Assembly: GCF_009914755.1 (NCBI RefSeq)
Contig: NC_060945.1
Origin: the human T2T-CHM13v2.0 reference genome, Homo sapiens
Strand: one strand, 5' to 3'
DNA: 64,000 bases
Made by a program: the position numbers and the translations under genes
Notes under the pieces: generated by a model
What the model was told of the DNA's origin: nothing
Database searches by the model: none
What the model saw: only the letters and a program-made list of their open reading frames with translations
Part shown: positions 44,480 through 61,559 of the stretch, one piece after another
Layout: the number at the start of each line of letters is the position of its first letter
Position numbering within the stretch: the stretch's first letter is position 1

Positions 44480-45670
44480 AACAATTTCCTATTGAAATTT
44501 AGTTCATAAATTAAAGTGACATTTCAAATAAATGGGAAACAGAGGAGTTATAAATAAAGGATAATATAAAAATTGGCTGTTTGGAAAATAATAAAACTAG
44601 GTTACCACCTCATTTCTTATCCCAAAACTAAATTGCAGATGGATAAAACATTTTTATAGGAAAAAAATCATAAACATTCTAAAAGAAAAGATGGATACAT
44701 GAATTGGTCATCTAGGCATAATCCAAAGGCCAGAAGTCATGAAGTAAAGATGGACACACAGAAATGTAAAATTCTATTTTTTAAAAAGTCACTGAAAAAG
44801 TGCTTAAAAGCTGCTCAGGAGGCTGAGACAGGAGAGTCACTTGAACCCGGAGGGCGGAGCTTGCAGTGAACCGAGATCACGGCACTGCACTCCAGCCTGG
44901 GCGACAGAGCGAGATTCTCTCTCAAAACAAAAAAAAAGAAAGAAAGAAAAAGAACATGACTGAAAAAGAGTTAATTTTCTTTATTTATAGAACTTATACA
45001 AATTAGTAAGCAAAGTCTAACAGCCCAATTTTTAAATGATCAAATAATAAGAATAAGGATTTCATAAAGAAATATATACAAATGGCCAATAAATATATGA
45101 AATGAGGAAATCAAATAATGGAACATCATTATTCTTCCATAATATAGGAAAAAATAATTGCTGCTCAGTGCTGGCAAGAATGTGAGGAAACGGGTGTTCC
45201 AGTACTCCATCGATGAAAGTATAAACTGGTGCAAACTTTCTGGAGTGAAATTCAATAGTAACTTTCAAAATGTTTTAATGTATAAGCTACTTGAAATTTA
45301 TACCAGTAATGTTGTCCTAAACCTTGATCAAACTACATTTACAAGACTAGTCATTGCAATGAAGCTTATAATGCCTATAAAAATAAAAACTGTAAGCGAC
45401 CAACATGTTCACCAATGAGGAACTGATTAAATAAATCATTTTACCTACAGAGTGAAATAGAAAAAAAAGATATGTAAAAAGAATAAAGGAAACCTATATA
45501 TTCTGAAATTGATAAATCTACAAGATCTTTTATTAAGTGAAAACAATCTAGGCACAAAGCAAAGTCTGTGAATTACGGTCCTTTCTGTGTAATAAATAGA
45601 TGGATGCCAGTATATCTGGAAAGAATTACAAGAAACTTTTAACAATGGAAGCTTTGAGAAGGGTAGAGAG
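44480..45670 (+). mobile_element. Diverged L1M fragment containing an Alu right arm (~44812-44952)
   Basis: L1-like atacaaatggccaataaatatatgaa and gtataaactggtgcaaactttctgga; Alu arm caggaggctgag...gagcgaga. Confidence 0.65.
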
Positions 45671-47751
45671 AGGGAGACACTCATGTCATTGAGTTTGTGT
45701 ATCTAGGAACTAGAGGCAGGTTCAATACTGCCCTCCCAGACATTCCTTCCCTCCACAGGTGTTTCAGATCTGCCATTCTCCCCTAGGCTCTATTTGCAAT
45801 CAAATTTTCTCACGTGGCAGCAAAGTTGATGCTACAATCCCAGCTAACACTCTTCTGCTCCTGAACCAAAATGAAGAGAAAGATATTAAACCTTAGTAAA
45901 ATTTCAACCTTTAGTCTAGAAAATGGCATAGAAGGATTCCAAGACTCAGCTTCAGGAAAGGGCCTATACCTGGCAGCAGTCGCTGTATCCAGGGAGGTGA
46001 CAAGGGGCCTGACTCAGCTTGGGTACTATGCCCCATGGTGGCCAAAGGGCACAAAGCACCATGCCTAAAAGGCTGACAGGTACCCCACCGTAGACTCTAA
46101 CCACATAATTCATCATAAGGGAGTATGTGTCTCTAAATGCAGGAATGCTAGGCAGACAAAAATAATGCATGGCCGGGTTCCATGTCCCCATTGAACTCCC
46201 ACCTCCCCCAGCCACCTCCCCCAGCTCCACACCTCCTGCTGCCTTCTGTGGGACATCCTACTCCAGTGTCAGATGCTAGTTCAGTGCCCTGATAAGCTAA
46301 GCTGTGCGGTCCCAATGCTCCCAGGATGGAGGGTGGAATTCTAAAAAGACTAACATAGAATTCAAGCTGCCTTCTTAGAGGCCTCCAGCTGATTGGAGGC
46401 AGATCCTCAGGTTACTCAAAAATCCAAAAATTATAAAAGTTCAGACCTCAGACCCAGGGTTGAGTGTTTTCTTCCTGGAAGGAGAGAAGCCATCATTTGT
46501 GACCTGGAGGGTCGCTTAATGCTTTTGGCCCACATGTTGCTCCAATGTTTGGAAAACCCTTGTTCTTTCATCATCATGATGTGTCACAACTAGTCATGGA
46601 CGTGTGTCTACCCCATCTTTCCCCATACACAAATCTGACAGCCTCAGTGTGGAGTTCTCAGAGAGCCCTCCCTATAAGACTTCTTTCCAGAGTGAGAACT
46701 CTCCAAAATAATTTTCTTCTAAGGCCCTGTCCTTTGTCCATACCTGCACTCTAATGTCAGGACAAATGGGTAAGAAAACTATTTGATGAGTACCAGTTAC
46801 TCCTTATCAGGCATGTGAGAGAAAGAGTCTATGCACTATAATATTCAATCTATTACCTCATTTTACACATACAAATCTTGACCTAACCTTCGGGCTGACA
46901 TCCTGCCATCCAGCTACCACAGACATTAGCAGTTCTGTTACAGCATCCACTTTCCATGTCAAACCTGACTTCGTATCCATTAAGTATCTCAGGGCCATTC
47001 ACTCATCCATTCATCCTTGAAACAGACATGAATTTCCTTCTCTGTGTGAATTACCATGATGGGAGCTCATAGTGTAGAAATGCCTACAAAAGCCTCTGTC
47101 CTGAGGTAGAGAAAGTCAAGTAGCCGATAACTCTGATAGGAATCAGCCCAGATGCTTTTGGAGGATATATGAGGTAAGCTAACTCACACTCGGCTGGGGT
47201 TGGAGGCATGGGGGGAGCCAGGGAAGACAGCTCCCAGAACATCTGTATGAGTTGAAATTCAGATCAGTAGAAGCTGGCCAAATGACCAAGGTGGGGAAGT
47301 GGTTTCCAGCAGAGACAGTACAACCTGTGGGAGGCAGGAAAACATGAGGGTGCACAACGGGTCTAAAAAGGGTACTAGGTAGACCAGGAGGCTGAAGCCC
47401 AGAGCACAGCCCCGCTTCCCTCATGAACCACAGGAAAGCTTAGCCAGGGACTCCAAGAGTTGTTAGTGAGTGCCCGGGCAATAATTCAGCTGAGAGGAAA
47501 GCTGGTTTTTCTCAAGAGCTCTCAGTCGTCACTTCAACCGCAGCTGTCTGCCCTCAGCCTTGGCCCTCCATGAAGGAGGCTGTCCTTCTAATCCTTCCTA
47601 CACCAAGCTCTGGAGCTGGATCGTATGCAGCATCTGGCCCCTTCAACCGACCCCCACATTAACACACCACATATAATTCCATGGGGACCCAAGGAAGGAA
47701 GGAAGGGCAGCAAGAAACCATTGACTATGAATGGAAGGTGAGAATCCTGAA

Positions 47752-47816
47752 GGAAGGAAGGAAGGAAGGAAGGAAGGAAGGAAGGAAGGAAGGAAGGAAG
47801 GAAGGAAGGGAAGGAA
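47752..47816 (+). repeat. (GGAA)14 plus 2 microsatellite
   Basis: 14 uninterrupted GGAA at 47752-47807, then g(GGAA)2. Confidence 0.97.
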
Positions 47817-49216
47817 CTCATCCACATCTGAATCCTCGGAGTGTGTTGTGGAACTTCCCTTTAAGTTGACTGAGAGTGTCAGATGTGTGCCTCGCTATAC
47901 TCTTTCTTCTCTATTATGTTCAATTCTTTTGTATTCACCTGTAACTTTCCGGAAGTTCTGCATAACAACAAATATCATGATCTGAAAAAACTCAAGTGCA
48001 TGCCTTTTTACATAATAATATGCTTGCCAGCAGCTGGACCTGTCACTAGATAACTGGCTACATTATTTTCATTTCATGGAGATGCCAAATTCTTTCCAGC
48101 CAGAGTCAGAGAGTACCATCAGCCAGCCAGCATTTTGCTTTGGGTATGTAACATACATCGAGCACAAACTCTCCGGAACAATCAGAAAATCTAATGTTGC
48201 AAATTTTTGAGAACAAGCCAGATAAACGTATGGGTGCTAACTTACAAATGGGCCTCTCTGAAGCCAGAGAACTGAAGGCTAGAAACCCCCCTTCCATGTT
48301 TCTGGCTGTTCTGCTGCAAACCAGCAAAGAAGCAGAAATCAGCCTTGTTTGGTTGTGTTTTTTTCCCAGGAAGGTTCAGGGCTGTCACAAGTCCTCACAA
48401 TCTCTCGATGTCTTTCTCCCAAAAAACCCACATGGCTTCTAGCACCCAAGGAGGATAGACAAGGCAGGGATCCTGTCAAGGCCACACTTTAAAGAGTCAC
48501 AGGGAGGGCTGCTCACAGATGTGAGACTCCCCAGTTCGGCCAACCTTGAGAGAGGAAGACTGGCACCACTCATCACACCAGGCCTCCCTCAAGGGCAAGA
48601 GGAGATTATAACAGGAGGCTACTGTCCAAGAGAAAACTGTGGTGCTTTATGTATCCTTTATGGTCGGTCACTACACAGTTGCTACAAATTCACCTTGGTT
48701 TACAGGGACTCACTGCTTTCTATGGAATCGCTGTTTTTACAATAAGGTCTTGCAACGCAAGTTAAAAACCATCAGGAATGCATTAGCTCTACGCATATGG
48801 ATGCCGCGAATATGGTGAATAATAGATAATGTAATTCATGCAATGAATATAGCATACAACCCTCCAAGTCTTACTAAAATTCTGGATCGCAGGGTAACAT
48901 AACCAAGCCAATATTCCTGCAAGGTCTGCAGATGTGAAGAAACACACCAATTACTAGAGTAATTGCAGGAAAACAATACTTCATAAAAGCAGGAAAACAC
49001 GCAGCCAAATTTGTAACTCTGAGATCAACATAAAAGATGATGGTTTTCAGAAATAAGTGGACATAAGATTATTGAACTTCATTCTTTCCCCCCAAGAAAG
49101 CAAATTTTTTAAATAAAATATTCTTCTACAAAGACTGAAATAGCTTTTTCGTTGGCTATCAATTTAGGCTTAATGCTAGACAATGAATACAATGTTACTA
49201 AAATCCTCTGCATATA

Positions 49217-49457
49217 ATAAAAAATTGTTAAACATATTTTTTAAAACAAACTTAAAGAGGTAAGGCTTAGTGTTATTTAGCACTTCAAATGTGGCTAGTC
49301 CAAATTAAGATAGCTGTAAGTGTAAATTCCAAAATGGATTTCAAAGGCTTAGTGCAAAAACAGACTATAAAATATCTCATGCATTTCTAAACATTGGTTA
49401 CATGTTAAAAAGGTAATTTTGTCAGATTAAATAAAATATATGATTGGCCTTAAAAAA
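49217..49457 (+). pseudogene. Putative short retroposed 3'-end fragment carrying a MER3-like piece
   Basis: Flanked by the 17-bp direct repeat aaaatcctctgcatata (49200-49216, 49454-49470); AATAAA at 49430-49435, 16 nt before an A run. Confidence 0.5.
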
Positions 49458-49470
49458 TCCTCTGCATATA

Positions 49471-49553
49471 GTGAGCCGAGATTGCGCCACTGCAGTCCGC
49501 AGTCCGGCCTGGGCGACAGAGCGAGACTCCGTCTCAAAAAAAAAAAAAAAAAA
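49471..49553 (+). mobile_element. 5'-truncated AluYb8/Yb9
   Basis: Diagnostic gcagtccgcagtccggcc duplication, intact CpGs, A18, 19-bp TSD (49452-49470, 49548-49566). Confidence 0.95.
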
Positions 49554-49674
49554 TCCTCTGCATATAAACACTCTAGTTGATTTTATTGACACACATTCAT
49601 TAAGGAAGATTAGCTGAGAATGGAAGCAGCCCTTTCCTCCACTCAGCCTACAGGGACTTCTAGAATAGTGTGCA

Positions 49675-49830
49675 CCTGGGAGTAATGGCTCACCCTATAA
49701 TCTCAGCACTTTGGAAAGCCGAGGTGGGAGGATTGGTTGAATCTAGGGGTTCCAGACCAGCCCTGTCAACATAACAAGACCCATCTCTGTAAAGATGAAA
49801 TAGAATAAATAGAATAAATAAAAATCAAAA
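49675..49830 (+). mobile_element. Alu left monomer (FLAM-like)
   Basis: tggctcaccctataatctcagcactttgg...ccagaccagccctg...gacccatctct plus A-rich tail. Confidence 0.75.
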
Positions 49831-49915
49831 TAAGAAAATAGAATGATATGTAAGGCATTCTTTCTTTCATGTGTGTCTACAGATTCTCTCTCTCCACATA
49901 CACACAATGTAATTT

Positions 49916-49923
<8 letters not shown>

Positions 49924-49969
<46 letters not shown>
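49924..49969. repeat. (CA)23 microsatellite
   Basis: Read directly. Confidence 0.97.
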
Positions 49970-49971
<2 letters not shown>

Positions 49972-50192
49972 GCAATCTGGGCAGAGAGTAGCCCCAATAA
50001 AATAAAATGGAAGGACTTTATTATTGTACTTAGAAATTCTCAGAGAGAATCAAACTAAGCCACACAGAAGGATGTAAAGGCCAGGGAGCAGCCAGAAGGG
50101 CAGAGGGCCCACCTCCGTCCCTGGACACACTTCCCATTCATTCCCAAACCAGTGTCACCCTGCTGATGGTGGCCCAGTTCCCCAGCTCATAA

Positions 50193-50352
<160 letters not shown>

Positions 50353-51528
50353 GGTACATTTAGGCTGAGTTCCGAAGAATGGGCAGAATTTGGATATGGA
50401 AAATAACTTGCTAATAGTCCCAGCAAGAATTTGTCAGGGCCAGAATGGGGCGGGCCAGTGACTTGGGTGCTATGGGCATTGAGAGGCCAGAGCCATTGGG
50501 CCTTGGAACCTCTTCCTGGATACAGGAGAGACGGGCAGGTGTAAGTGATCCCAGATGCGGTCCCAAGAGGACTGGAGAGTGGAGGCGCCAGTAAAAACCC
50601 AGAGAAAAGGTGGGCCTAAGCTCACTGCCAAAGATGTGAGAAGAAAAGCCTCAGAAGACATGAAGAGGTTGGGATAATGCAACCACAGATTAGCCCCACT
50701 TGAGTGAAAATGGCTTGAAGCAGGACAAAAACTAGCATGACCCCTGCCCAGAAGCCTCTCAGATGAACACAGCTCGAAAGAGCTATATCTGGAAGGCAAA
50801 GGACATGTCCAAAACCAGTGTGGTACTTCAAGAACACTCCACAACTGCAGCACGCTCCTTCAAAAGTTACCTCTAAAAGACAAGCACAGAAGGAACCAAG
50901 GCTGTGGAAAGCACCGAGGATGACTACTATTATTTTTTCCTTATAGTCATGGTGGGTGAGGAAGAAAATCCAGGAATGGCAGGCTAGGCAGGTGCTGGCA
51001 TATAGAGAGCACTTGATAAACATGAGGAGCACATAAACAGATGAAGAATCCATGGATGAGAGATGGCAGGGCAAAAATATAGAATTCATCAATACCAGCT
51101 CGCTTTGGGGCTGGCTTTTGATATTTGTAAACAGTAAGGTCATGAATACACAACCCTGGTTTGGATCTGCACTCTGCTGCTTACTATAACCTAAGATAAG
51201 CCACTTACTATATTTAAATCTCATTTTCCTCCCCTTTACACTTGAGCCAATAGCAGTGTCTGTGTCATATTGTTTGGTGATGATTTTATTAATATGTTAT
51301 CCAATCTTGTGTACTCGGCACACTGTCTGCATTGAACAGGTGCTCACCAAAGTTAGCCATGGCCGTCGCCAAACTGGAAATGGTGCAAAAATATGTCCAG
51401 AAGGGCTGAACACCCTGAATAGGTGAGGGTTTCATCAGAGAAGCTGAACTTCTGAAATAAGTTTACATCTCGAGGCTGATCAAGCAGCTGCCCAGAACCC
51501 CAAAATTGGGGCCGAAGTCACACAGCTT

Positions 51529-51878
51529 CTGTATTCGTTTGCTAAGGGCTGCCATAACCAAATACCACAGGTGGGGTTGCTTAAACAGGAGGCCAGAAGT
51601 CTGACATTACAGTGTCTGAAGAGTTGCTTTTTCCTGACACCTCTCTCCTTGGCTTGCAGATGGTGACTTCTCCCTGTGTCCTCACGGGGTTGTCCTTCTG
51701 TGTGCGTCTGTGTACTGTTCTCCTCTTTTTGTAAGGACAGCAATCAAAGTGGATGAGGGCCCACCCTATCAACCCCATTTTAACTTAGTTGCCTCTTTAA
51801 ACACTCTATTTCCAAATACTGTGACATTTTGAGGGACTGGGGCTTCAGGCTTCAACATACAGATTTGGGGGTGGACAG
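51529..51878 (-). mobile_element. MLT1A-like LTR
   Basis: tgtattcgtttgctaagggctgccataaccaaataccac...ggcttcaacatacagatttgggg. Confidence 0.8.
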
Positions 51879-53049
51879 CTGCCTTTGGTTACTGAGCTGT
51901 CCCAGTGAGTGGATATCAGGAGATTGACCATGATCTAGTTTTCACAAGAGCAGATTATGGAGACTACAGCACAGTGAGGTTGACTCTGATCCCCAGAAAA
52001 ATTATGGGGTGCATTCTTAGACACTGGCTTTGAGGTACTTTGGAAAAGAAGCCGCAATTCCCAGAAACAACACACCTTCACAGGATCATCCCAAAGCTCC
52101 CTCATTACCTTCTTTTTCAGTCAAATTCTCAAGTTAGTAGGCATTTGCTGAGCACCTACTATGTACCAAAGATTATGCTCCGTCACAAGTGACATTCTCA
52201 TAAGGAAATCAGGCAGCTGAGCCAATAAGGGAATCCACAGTGCCAAAACTACGAAAAAGAAGGAAGCGCATGTCACCGAGATTACACTGAGTATGAATAA
52301 TTAATTTTATCTAAGAGATTGCAGGGGAGGGGTTGGTCAATGGAAGCTTCCTAAAGAAGATAACTAGCCTGGGATTTGAAGGAAAAAAAAACTATTCCAA
52401 GAGAGGAAAGGGCCTGGAGTTCCCCAGCAGCTGGCGGGGGTGGTGTGCAGGAAGGGGCCCCATCAGCCGGGGAGGAAGTATTTCCAAATGTGCAGATACG
52501 TTCAGAAAACCATCACATGCTTGTTTTCCTTCCTGGAATATAAAGTATAAGGAGGTGGTGTGGAAGGACAAAAGAGCAAAAGGGAAGTCAGAGGTCTTTG
52601 CTGTGCCGACAAGCCTGAACTTTCTCCCCTGGTCACGGGGAATGAGAGGATGTTCAGAAACGGAGAAAAGCCCAAAGCACATCTTAAGCCATGGTAGGGA
52701 AATGGTGACTGTATCCACTCATACAGAAAGGAAGAGTAAGAACACATAGAGATACTAGGACCTGGAAGTCCATGCATGATGATTGCTCTGAGCTCTCTGG
52801 CCTCTGTTTCTCCCTGTGTGTTGGTTCCAATTCGTTTTCTTACCATCTCCCACCCCCTTGATCCCATTCCATGGGCTCCCATCACAAGCCCTGTCACTCA
52901 ACAAGAAGCTGCTCACTCATCCATACAAATACCACGAGTGCCAGGGAACTACCCTCACTATCCTAGTGGGTTACAGGCCATCCGCATGGCCAGAGTAGGG
53001 GGTGACTGATCACCTCCACTGGAACCAGGAATAGGAGTGGACAGGAAGG

Positions 53050-53560
53050 AGCAGCTGCAAGGCATGGATGGAGGATCCTGGTGCAGACCAACTGATGGAC
53101 ACTCACCCAGCAGTTATGTGTCTACAGCAGTTCTCCGGGCAACAAATTATAGAGAAATCAATAAGGCAGTGGCAATGAGAAAGGAGGTCAAAATTGACAG
53201 ATATTTAAGAACAAGAATGAGCTGTACTTGGGAGCCAACTTTTTAAAGTACATGTAAGAGGAAATAGAGGTAGAACTCAGGTTTCTGACTTGGGAGCTTC
53301 TGTGAATGGAGACATCACTAATTAAGGAATCGGGAATAAAGAAAGAGCAGGCTTGAGGGTGAGATAAAGAGTGCAGGTTTGGCATCTTAAACCTGAATTC
53401 ATCCTCCAGTCTCCAGATGGAGATTCACAGGTCATTTAGGTCAGAAAGAGAGCTTGGACCAAAGCTAGCAGTGAGAGTCATAAGCCTGGTTGGGGTGACT
53501 GCAAGCCAGGAGGAAACAAGGTGGTGAAGGGTGAGGAGAAGAGCAAAGGCATCTTGAGGA
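53050..53560 (-). mobile_element. L2 fragment
   Basis: Purine-rich antisense L2-like sequence (caggtttctgacttggg, gagtgcaggtttggcat). Confidence 0.5.
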
Positions 53561-54229
53561 ATGAGGCTTCCATTCACCTTATTAATTCACGTGTTTTCAT
53601 TAGGCATACATTTGGCTATAGTCCTGGGAATAGATTAGGACAATACCTAGGAAAGCCAAGATAGGAAAGTTTGCAGAAAACACCACTCATGAAGTAATAA
53701 AACATCAGCAAGATGCACCAGAAGCCCAAATCCTGGAGTGTGCCTTTGAGAAGCCGCCCGCTGTCTTCTGGATCCTAACCTAATAGTTATTATCAAAATC
53801 ACATGATCGTCTATTCTCCAGAGCCAAAATCAAAGAATTCTTGCTTATTTTCTAGGAGACGTTCAAAACTCTTGGACCAGAGCATCTGTTGTGGACAGAG
53901 GAGAAGCTGGACAAAAGTCCAAATATTTCAAGAGTTTGAGATCAATGGTCCAGCCACTTCGTTTTTGATACTGAGTATTGTTTTCTAAGGTGGGAACCAA
54001 GGCCTGGCTACACAGGGTTGTTTATTCTGAAATTCAGTTGGCTTTGAGGTGTCCCACCCATTTCCACTACTGCACTGTACAAAGACACCTCACTTTGTGC
54101 AGAGTGAATTTTGAACTCTTTTGCCTGGGATTTACCATGTCCCATAATATAGCAGCACACAGCCTCATTTTTCACCGTAACAATTCTGTCCCAACCTTGT
54201 CTATTTGTAGATAACAATGCACAATACAT

Positions 54230-56590
<2,361 letters not shown>

Positions 56591-57014
56591 TGATATGGTT
56601 TGGATCTGTGTCCCCATCAAACCTCATGTTGAATTGTGATCCCCAATGCTGGAGGTGGGACCTGGTGAGAGGTGATTTTTGTCATGGAGGTTGATCCTTC
56701 GTGAATAGTTTAGCACTATCCCCACGTTGTACTATCCTTGTGTTAGTGAGTTCTCATGAGATCTGGTCCTTTAACAGTGTGTGGCACCTCCTCCCTCACT
56801 CTCCCTTCCTCTTGCTCTGGCCATGTGAAGTGCTGGCTCTCGCTTCACCTTCCGCCATGACTGTAAGTTTCCTGAGGCCTAACCAGAAGCCAGCAGATGC
56901 CAGCATCATGCTTCCTGTATAGGCTGCAGAACCATGAGTCAAATAAACCTCTTTTCTTTATAAATTACCCAGCCTCGGGCATTTTTTATAGCAATGTGAG
57001 AACAGACTAATACA
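56591..57014 (+). mobile_element. MSTB-like solo LTR nested in the MLT1 terminus
   Basis: tgatatggtttggatctgtgtcccc...aaataaacctcttttctttataaattaccc...gactaataca. Confidence 0.88.
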
Positions 57015-58199
57015 TCCTGCCTACCTCAACCTCAAAGGTGAGTTTGAGCTGCCACCCTCGATTCTGAATAACTGGTTGGACAGAAGGGAAGATCACATGC
57101 AAAACAAACAGTTTTCATCTCAAAGTTTTAGTGTTCATTTTTTTAGAACTTGAGATAGTACATAGGTTCATAGCAAACAATTACTCGTTTAGAATTCCCT
57201 CTTCCGGCCCTTGGGAATCAGAGAGTTTAGAAGAATGAGAACTGTTTGGCATACTAGGGAGACATGTCTTTGAGTCCTCAAACATTCATATTTCCGTTTA
57301 AATACTATGTGACCATCTTGTGATTATGTAATTTTAAAAACCTACATACTCATTCTTTGACAGTCACCTAGCTGAGCCTTCCTGCTGTACTAGTTCTGCA
57401 GGTGAGTTGGAGCTCCTTGTCAGCCCTGTGGACTTTATGGGAAAATAAAGTTCAAGGAATCTAGGCAAAGGTAAAGTTAGAAATTCAAGTGTATATATTC
57501 AAATTTGAAAACATTGATATATTCATAACTTTTCCTTAACTTATACAATTTTCAAACAATGTCTAATTTTCTTTTCTTAACCACAGAAAATAAAGCCAGC
57601 CTTCACAGTGAGGTAACCTACACTCTAGTGATAACAATATCTGCACCAAAACACTTAGCATTTGTTAAACACATGCAGGCTCTGGGCTAAGCTACCTGCA
57701 TGCATTCTCTCATCTGGGGCAGATCAGAGATGTCTCTGAATGATAATGTTAAGTAAGAAAGAAGAGGCCCTATGAGAAACAGAAACTTATGAGAAACAGA
57801 AACGAGCATACTAGGTGCCTTGTGCCTTATGTGTTATCTTATTTAATGCTTTCAACAGCACTTAAAATAATAACATTTTGTAGATGAATATATAAGGTGA
57901 ATGAAGGAAAGTAACTCTTCTAAGTTCCCACAGCAAGATAGTGGTGGAAAATTGTGTTATTAAACACGACTATTTTAGAGTCAGCTGATTACTAACTTTA
58001 ATAGTTTTTTAAATTTAATTTTTTCTTTTTTTTGAGACAGAGTTTTGAAGATCCCAACGTCTTTTCTCTACACTCTGCTGTCTTCTAAGAAGTACAAGGC
58101 AAGTCCTTCGGAAAACCCACGAGCAAGACACCACTGCATGGCATAACTGGAGAGAGATTTATAGGAGGAAAGGATAGAATTGGTAGGGGGAGAGTCAGA

Positions 58200-59050
58200 G
58201 AAAGGACATTCATGCTAAGCTAACAGAGGAGTGAGGACAACAGCATGGCTGGAGAGAGCTTGAGACGTATCAGGGAAAACAAGGAGTTTGTTCAGCTGGA
58301 CACAGACACAGGGAGAAAGTAACGGAGCAGCAGCCTGGGTTTGTCATCGGGTTCCAATCTAGGGGACCCTGAGTGGAAGCCTATGAAATGCGGCCACTTT
58401 TAATAGGCAAAGGGGAGCTGCTAAAAATACATGAGCAAGGAGCCGATATCATCACAGCTGCACTACGGAAAGATTCTCCTGACTGCAGGGCATAGGTCAC
58501 AGGAGAAGGAGAAACTGGGTGTGTGGGATCAATGCAAAGGAGGCTGCTTGGGTCTCCGTGAACGGTGATGAGGGTCTGAATTATAGGGATGGGGATGAGA
58601 AGAGAAAAGAGCAGCCAGATGCCCAGCAGATGAGGGGCTGCAGGACTGCAGGACAAGGCTTGGTAGGCTGTGACAGCTGCTGGAAGGTGGGAAATGTGAG
58701 AGGGAGCGCCTGAGAATGTCTGACCAAGCAGGGGTGGGGGAGGGAGGTTGCGGGGCTTCCCCTGGGGAAGCAGGACGAAGCTGGTGCCCCACTGCAGGAA
58801 CTGAGAGGCCCCAGAGGAAAAGGGAAGTGAGGGCCTGGATCTGAGGGAAAGATCAGGCCTGCAGATACCAAATCATGCATCCTGCATACAACGCAGAGCT
58901 GAGCACAATGGAGAGGGGACACTGGTGAGGGAAGGGGGAGGACCTGGCAGACTCTTTGATGAAGCCTGGGTTCAGAGGGCTAGAGGGACAGCAGAGCCAA
59001 TAAAAGGCCTGGGAGAAGGAGCTGTGGGTCAGGAGGGGAGGGAAGCTAGT
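58200..59050 (-). mobile_element. L2 fragment
   Basis: Purine-rich antisense L2-like sequence (taggcaaaggggagctgct, gaaagattctcctgactgcag, ggtgatgagggtctgaattat). Confidence 0.55.
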
Positions 59051-59309
59051 GCCTGGATGTTGTGCTCAGTCCCAAGTAGGGTGCTGAGTGCACCCACAAC
59101 GCTCCACGCTACAGACTCCAGCATCCACCCTACGACGGACAGATCCCTGCAGGTGGGAAAACAGAGGCTCAAGGCCCTCATGAGATTCCGTGGTCCATGC
59201 ACATGGATCCCACAGCATGGATGCCTATGTCAGTGGCCCATGCCGGCCCCCCTCTTCTGACTCCTATTATGCCATGCCCCTCTCTATGTCTGCACCCCAC
59301 TTAATCGTT

Positions 59310-60555
<1,246 letters not shown>

Positions 60556-61001
60556 TACTGAGATTTACTCTTGTCTTTATAACACTGCAGAGCCTTTGAG
60601 CCCTAAATAAGGGCACCATTAGCTATTGTGTTACACATGCAGGATCACAGCAGTTACAGAGACTCCTAGTGGAGCACACGCAATGCCTGGAACATGGGTT
60701 TGTGTTGAATGAATGCTGAGTTCCCTCCTCATTAGCTTTCCTGCTATGACAAGGCAGGGACTACACTGGGATAAGTTTCTCTTTCCCAATGACGCATGCC
60801 TGGGAAAAGCAGGCACCAACACCTCACATGGCAGTAATCTATGGCTTTCAACACTGTCCAGCACCAAGACAAACTGAGATGAGCTGGAAACATGTAGCTC
60901 AAAATGAAGTGAATGAGGGTAAAAGAGCTGAGTCCTCAGTTCTCCCTCACTTCCTGCAATGGCACTGATGCCAGAGCTATGGGGTACATTTTCTTATCTG
61001 T

Positions 61002-61279
61002 TGATATGGTTGGCTGTGTCCCCACCCAAATCTCATCTTGAATTCCCATGTAAGTCTCACGAGATCTCATGGTTTTATAAAGAGGAGTTCCCCTGCACAA
61101 GTTCTCTCCCTTTGCCTTCTGCCATCCATGTAAAATGCGACTTGCTTCTCCTTGCCTTTCACCATGATTGTGAGGCATTCCCAACCACGTGGAACTGTCA
61201 GTCTATTAAACTTCTTTCTTTTGTAAATTGCCCAGTCTCGAGTGTATCTTCATCAGCAGCGTGAAAACAGACTTATACA
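61002..61279 (+). mobile_element. THE1 (A/B-like) LTR with internal deletion
   Basis: tgatatggttggctgtgtccccacccaaatctcatcttgaatt...gaaaacagacttataca; flanks tctgt/tcagt. Confidence 0.88.
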
Positions 61280-61559
61280 TCAGTGTTGTCCCTCTCCATG
61301 TCTGTGAAATCCCACTAGGAGGTGAAGCTCAGATACACTTGTCTCCCCCAGGTTTCCAACTCTTCCTTCATACACTATTCCTTTTCTAAGTCTGCCTTCT
61401 GTTTCTTTCTCTATCATTTTCCCCTTCATGTCAAGAATAAAAGATGTCTACCAAGAAAACTCAATATTTTCCAAATAGTGGAAATCTTACAGAAGTATGA
61501 TTTCTGATCATGATGCCAAAACACTGTAAATTAAGACCTCCAAAGAGTAAAGCCAACTA

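Noticed and set aside
49200-49566. Three direct repeats with spacers, superficially CRISPR-like
   Set aside because: Eukaryotic DNA, unequal long spacers, no cas genes; explained by nested TSDs
50622-51224. 200-aa minus-strand ORF
   Set aside because: No recognisable homology; starts in MIR-like sequence; length is plausible by chance in 64 kb
57771-57803. 17-bp tandem duplication tatgagaaacagaaac (similar small ones near 18685, 20015 and 35360)
   Set aside because: Ordinary slippage-scale duplications
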